This document shows, one piece after another, positions 57,670 through 64,000 of a DNA stretch of 64,000 bases; the stretch's first letter is position 1; each line of letters begins with the position of its first letter. The stretch lies in contig OZ024747.1 in NCBI GenBank assembly GCA_964016885.1, forward strand, positions 45,446,001 to 45,510,000, given 5' to 3'. The notes under the pieces are model-generated. The model made no database searches and had not been told where the DNA came from. It saw nothing but the letters and a program-made list of their open reading frames with translations. The translations under genes were made by a program, and so were the position numbers. The stretch is from Eledone cirrhosa (taxonomy: Eukaryota).

Positions 57670-57711
57670 CAATAATATTAATAAATGGAAAATATCTTTA
57701 TAAAACCATAT

Positions 57712-58325
57712 AGAAGATATAGAGAATCATTTCGTCGTCAGGGAAGTCTATTCTCAGCTAAGTTTCCAGGCAAAGCGTGGACTCTGGAAAACTTATACAA
57801 AAATAATTCAGTGGATATAAAATAGCAAAGCGTGGACTGAATTCCTAGCCATTGAGAAAATCACTGCCTACTGCGTCGGTGGCAAATTCAAAAAGAATCA
57901 ATCACGTGACATCGAGGTTAATCAGTGGAAAGTGGTTTGTTAAGAAGACGGCGGCCTGCCTGCTACCATAGCAGCAGTCTTGGCCAATATTGCTCGACAA
58001 ATAATTTGGAGATAATTATAAAGAATGAATATATCTAGTAACATATATATTTTTGAATTTGCCACCGACGCAGTAGGCAGTGATTTTCTCAATGGCTAGG
58101 AATTCAGTCTACGCTTTGCTATTTTCTATCCACTAAATTATTTTTGTATAAGTTTTCCAGAGTCCACGCTTTGCCTGGAAACTTAGCTGAGAATAGACTT
58201 CCCTGAGGACGAAATGATTCTCTATATCTTCTTCGGAAAATATATTTATTCCATTTCAGAAACTAATTAGTCGGGAGTGAAATTTTAGTAAGTAAGTTAA
58301 TTCTATAATTTTCTTATTTTACGTC
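57712..58325 (+). mobile_element. Inverted repeat (arms ~57712-57894 and ~58050-58232), Penelope-like terminus
   Basis: About 180-bp inverted arms. The right arm runs into a complete hammerhead motif. Confidence 0.78.
58197..58278 (+). ncRNA. Type I hammerhead ribozyme
   Basis: acttcc-CTGAGGA-stem II with cTTCGg loop-GAAA-ctaattag-TC-gggagt. GUC triplet. Confidence 0.8.
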
Positions 58326-58446
58326 CCTCATATTATTGTTCTGCAACCCCATGCATTGAACCACAAAGTTACTAAGACAAAACCTATATATTTGCTAGCA
58401 TTGATATGCATCTGTATGTATATATATGTTACTAGATATATTAATT

Positions 58447-58561
<115 letters not shown>

Positions 58562-58663
58562 ATCATTAGAATTTAGCTTCGATATACGAAAATCACACAC
58601 ATACAGATATATATATATATATAATTATATATATGTATATATATATAATTATATATATATATA

Positions 58664-58723
<60 letters not shown>

Positions 58724-58727
<4 letters not shown>

Positions 58728-58930
58728 TGGTTAGAGAATTGGATTCGCAATCGTAAGGTTGTGAGTTCGATTCCTGGACCAGGTAATGCGTTATGTCCTT
58801 GAGCAAGACACTTTATTTCACGTTGCTCCTTCTACCTGGAGTTGCGACCGATAGATAGTATTAGCAATTGGAAAGACCAACGGAAACATTGTTTCCTCGG
58901 TCCGATTTGACGAAAGTCGATCGTTCCTTT
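58724..58930 (+). mobile_element. SINE family B2
   Basis: Near-identical to 34345-34553. Confidence 0.88.
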
Positions 58931-59904
58931 TTATATATACATATATATATATATATTTTTATGGACATATTAATTAGTTAGAAAATATAAACAATAAAAT
59001 ATCCGACTACCTCTTAAAATATTTCTCTGATTTAAAAAGAGAAAGCATAAATACACCTACATCTATCAACACATCCTTCTTTCTTATCCCAGAGATGAAT
59101 AATAATAATAACAATAATAAATATATGCATATATGAATAGTGCTATTTATTCGTTATTTTTGACTGAGACATTCCTAAAATTAACAATCTACTTATTGTT
59201 AACAGCAATTTCAGAAGAATTAAGGAAGGTAACACTCTCCAATTCAAAATTAATCCTAACAAATTAATTTCTGATGTAAATTTTACAAACAGAAACTATC
59301 CCATTTGTCTACTTAGCAGAATTTCACCCAAGCTTATATCTACAGAACTTTAAAAATTTACAAACACCATAATCCCCTCTTACCCATAAAATTGCAAATA
59401 AACTAACATAGAACTTCGTAAAATAACTGAATGATTAAGCATTCTACACTGAATACCTACACTAAATGTTCACCGGATGAGTTGTGAGAAATTTTACTGG
59501 ACGAAACTGACGAAGTAGATAACAATAAACAGCAATCAATAATGGATACAAGAATAAATTCACAGAAACCAATGCGACAATAAATTCAAACACAAATTCA
59601 ACAAACTCAAAATAATAATTGCGGCCTGCAGACACTCCACCTGCTAAAAACCAAGTATATATACATTTTATTACATTAACCAAATATACCCAAGCTATAA
59701 AACAGGATACAACATACTTATTAAGTATCCTTAATAAGATTTTACAGAGACACAACAAATAATAATCTTTTTAACAAGAAATTACAACCCTGTAAAATAT
59801 AAATCTTAAGATGAATGTAATTTAAAAATTCCTATACAAGCCCAAAACGTCCTGAATGTAATTGTAAAATTGGACTTACAGGAACAACCATTTTTTACAA
59901 CCAT

Positions 59905-60220
59905 TTCGATATCTATCTATCTAAGGCGGGTAAAATTCCCGAGATCCATGGACGAGTTCTCTCCAGCGGTCTCTGTCCCTCATTATCGCTGCCATGTCCT
60001 GCGTCTCCAACAGACCAGTGTCTGTCCTTAGGGCATCAACATACGTTAACCTTGGTCTTCCCCTTCTAGTGTGTCCATGTAGGGGCTCCCACAGGAGCAC
60101 TGAGTGCAATGTCAACTCTGGATGTCGGTGAGCATGTCCAGCTAACCTCAGTCTCCTCTGTGTCAGTTTTGAGCTGACTTTTGGGATGCTCCCATACAGC
60201 TCTGAGTTTTTCATCCTCAT

Positions 60221-60222
<2 letters not shown>
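59905..60222 (-). mobile_element. RTE-like LINE 3' fragment with (TAGA)n tail
   Basis: ELYGSIPKVSSKLTQRRLRLAGHAHRHPE..WEP..GRPRLTYVD..DRDRWRELV. Confidence 0.92.
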
Positions 60223-60256
<34 letters not shown>

Positions 60257-60334
60257 TAGAAAATATAAGAGAAACACTAACATTAGGACAATTCCCGGTG
60301 TTCGGCTGCCTGATGTGGGTCGCTGATGTTTCGA

Positions 60335-60371
<37 letters not shown>

Positions 60372-61496
60372 ACTATATAAATTGGAAGTGGTCGGATGTT
60401 GTATATTTAAGTAAGTAAGTAGGTGTAGTCGGATAAACGTCGAAACGGCTTGGTGGAATGCAGCGAAAATTTACACAGTTATGCAGAATGACCCGAGGAG
60501 GCGTTGGGTCGTCTTTCAAGCTACAAGCCTCCATGATTACGGAGAAAATCAATGAAACGGGAATTTCCCATTCAAATTGAACTGAGAGTAATCTGTGAAC
60601 GCAGAAGTAAATAAATATTTCGAGAAACGTTGTAGCCGAAGGAAAACAGGAAGACGATATATATAATTCAAATTAAAAGCACAGAGTGGAATACATGCGA
60701 CAGATAATACAAGAGAATAGTCTAATAATTAAAGAGGCATTGAGAAAGAATGAGGACATTAGCAGTACATATGCAAGCGTGTAGAAAGTGCACATGCGTT
60801 AATCATATATATGAGAAGGAAATAAACAAAGTATTAGGCATACATAGATAAATAAATAAATAAATACTGTATGGCAAGCAAATGTGTTAATTTATTAAAC
60901 ATTTATCGCGGATGTAATATGATGATAGTGTTCAAATTTGTGTTTGTTGAGAAAATCAAAGTTATTGTAAACTTTTCCATTACATATGTTGAATTATATT
61001 TTAGTTAATGTTTATATTGAATGTTTTAAGTTAGTTACAGCAATGGATTGTAAATTGGTCTTATTGTATTCTTATTCATGGTTAGAGTTGCTCAACAGAT
61101 AGTTTATCCAACGGTTTAATTTCCGGAAGTGAGTATGAGATCCAATATTAAGGGGAGCTAATGTGTAAGGGGAGGTAACTAGCTAATTAACTTAAATTCT
61201 TTGCTCTAAAAGACATTATAATGTGATACAAGTGAATCTCTATTACATAATGCTATATATTTATATTTAATTTTAAATACAGTGTATTTTCCTATAATAC
61301 ATTAAAGGTCTCTTTAGATTGTTATCTATTCATTACTGGACCAGATATATGTTATGGAAAAAGGTATAGCTGTTTACATGTACAAATAGATATGTCATTT
61401 GTGTAATAATATATATTATATATGTAGGTATGTAAATGTTTGTGTATATATGTGTGTATATATATATATGTGTATGTGTATGTATGTGTGTGTAAA

Positions 61497-61551
<55 letters not shown>

Positions 61552-61616
61552 GTTTGTATATGTATGTGTATATATATATGTATATGTATGTGTGTATATG
61601 TGTGTGTATGTGTATA

Positions 61617-61666
<50 letters not shown>

Positions 61667-61727
61667 AATATATATGTATATATATATATATAAATATATA
61701 TGTATGTATATATGTATGTATGTGCGT

Positions 61728-62130
61728 ATGAGATGATCCCTTAGCCTTTGTCAAGGCAGAATTCTAGGAGAAGGAAAACTCTGATATAACACCTGCAACC
61801 CTGATGGTATCCAATGATGTTGACTTGTTCTTCTTTTTGGTAAATATCATCTTGGTTAAGAGAGTGGGACTGGCTTTGTGCAGTGCCTTTGCTCACTATA
61901 AAAGCTTCACAGCACGGGCATTGCTTTATATCTGGAGATCTCTCTGCACTTGTCGTCACATGGTACCATGGGCCCAGCACTATGTGTCAATAATTGTCAC
62001 AAGTGTAGTGTTTGTACCAGAGTTTTCAAGTCGCTGGCTGGACTAAAAAGTCACACTCGTTCATCGGTAGGGGTTCTCCTACATGGATATAAAGTAGTGG
62101 CCGTACTCGAAAACGAGTTGGCAGCCACCA

Positions 62131-62131
<1 letters not shown>
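61728..62131 (+). mobile_element. RTE LINE 3' fragment with C2H2 finger
   Basis: [22 protein letters not shown], ending gcagccaccat into (TA)n. Confidence 0.85.
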
Positions 62132-62163
<32 letters not shown>

Positions 62164-62377
62164 ATATATATATATATGTATGTATATATATATATATGTG
62201 TATGTATATATATATATGTATGTATGTATATATATATATGTATGTATATATATATATATATGTATGTATATATATATATATGTTTATATATGTATGTATG
62301 TATATATGTATGTTTATATATGTATGTATGTATATATGTATGTATATATATATATACATATATATATACATATATAT

Positions 62378-62674
62378 GTTTGGTAAATATCATCTTGGTT
62401 AAGAGAGTGGGACTGGCTTTGTGCAGTGCCTTTGCTCACTATAAAAGCTTCACAGCACAGGCATTGCTTTATATCTGGAGATCTCTCTGCACTTGTCGTC
62501 ACATGGTACCATGGGCCCAGCACTATGTGTCAATAATTGTCACAAGTGTAGTGTTTGTACCAGAGTTTTCAAGTCGCTGGCTGGACTAAAAAGTCACACT
62601 CGTTCATCGGTAGGGGTTCTCCTACATGGATATAAAGTAGTGGCCGTACTCGAAAACGAGTTGGCAGCCACCAT
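62378..62674 (+). mobile_element. Second, shorter, near-identical copy of the RTE 3' fragment
   Basis: Matches 61836-62131 with about one substitution. Confidence 0.88.
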
Positions 62675-62678
62675 GTGC

Positions 62679-64000
<1,322 letters not shown>

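Overview
AT-rich animal genomic DNA. The SINE and microsatellite repertoire suggests a cephalopod such as Octopus (inference only). I found no supportable host protein-coding gene: the window is almost entirely transposons and tandem repeats, and nearly all short YI/CV/I/M-rich ORFs are microsatellite artefacts. The centrepiece is an apparently intact RTE-type non-LTR retrotransposon (about 45665-52489) embedded in (TA)n. It has a 5' array of about 6.75 near-identical 450-bp monomers, a unique leader with two ERSE-II-like CCAAT motifs, and a single uninterrupted AP-endonuclease/RT ORF with a C4HC3 PHD finger inserted inside the RT region. Its (GAT)n-ending 3' UTR is shared with a tRNA-derived SINE family in the same window. 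A second layer is Penelope-like element debris: one RT fragment, two GIY-YIG fragments and several inverted repeats. These carry at least four well-formed and several degenerate type I hammerhead ribozyme motifs. Also present are many SINE copies, decayed RTE, CR1-like, CRE-like and Vingi-like fragments, MITEs, and 16-, 26-, 34- and 37-bp minisatellites. All alignments and folds were done by eye, and boundaries are approximate unless anchored to quoted motifs.
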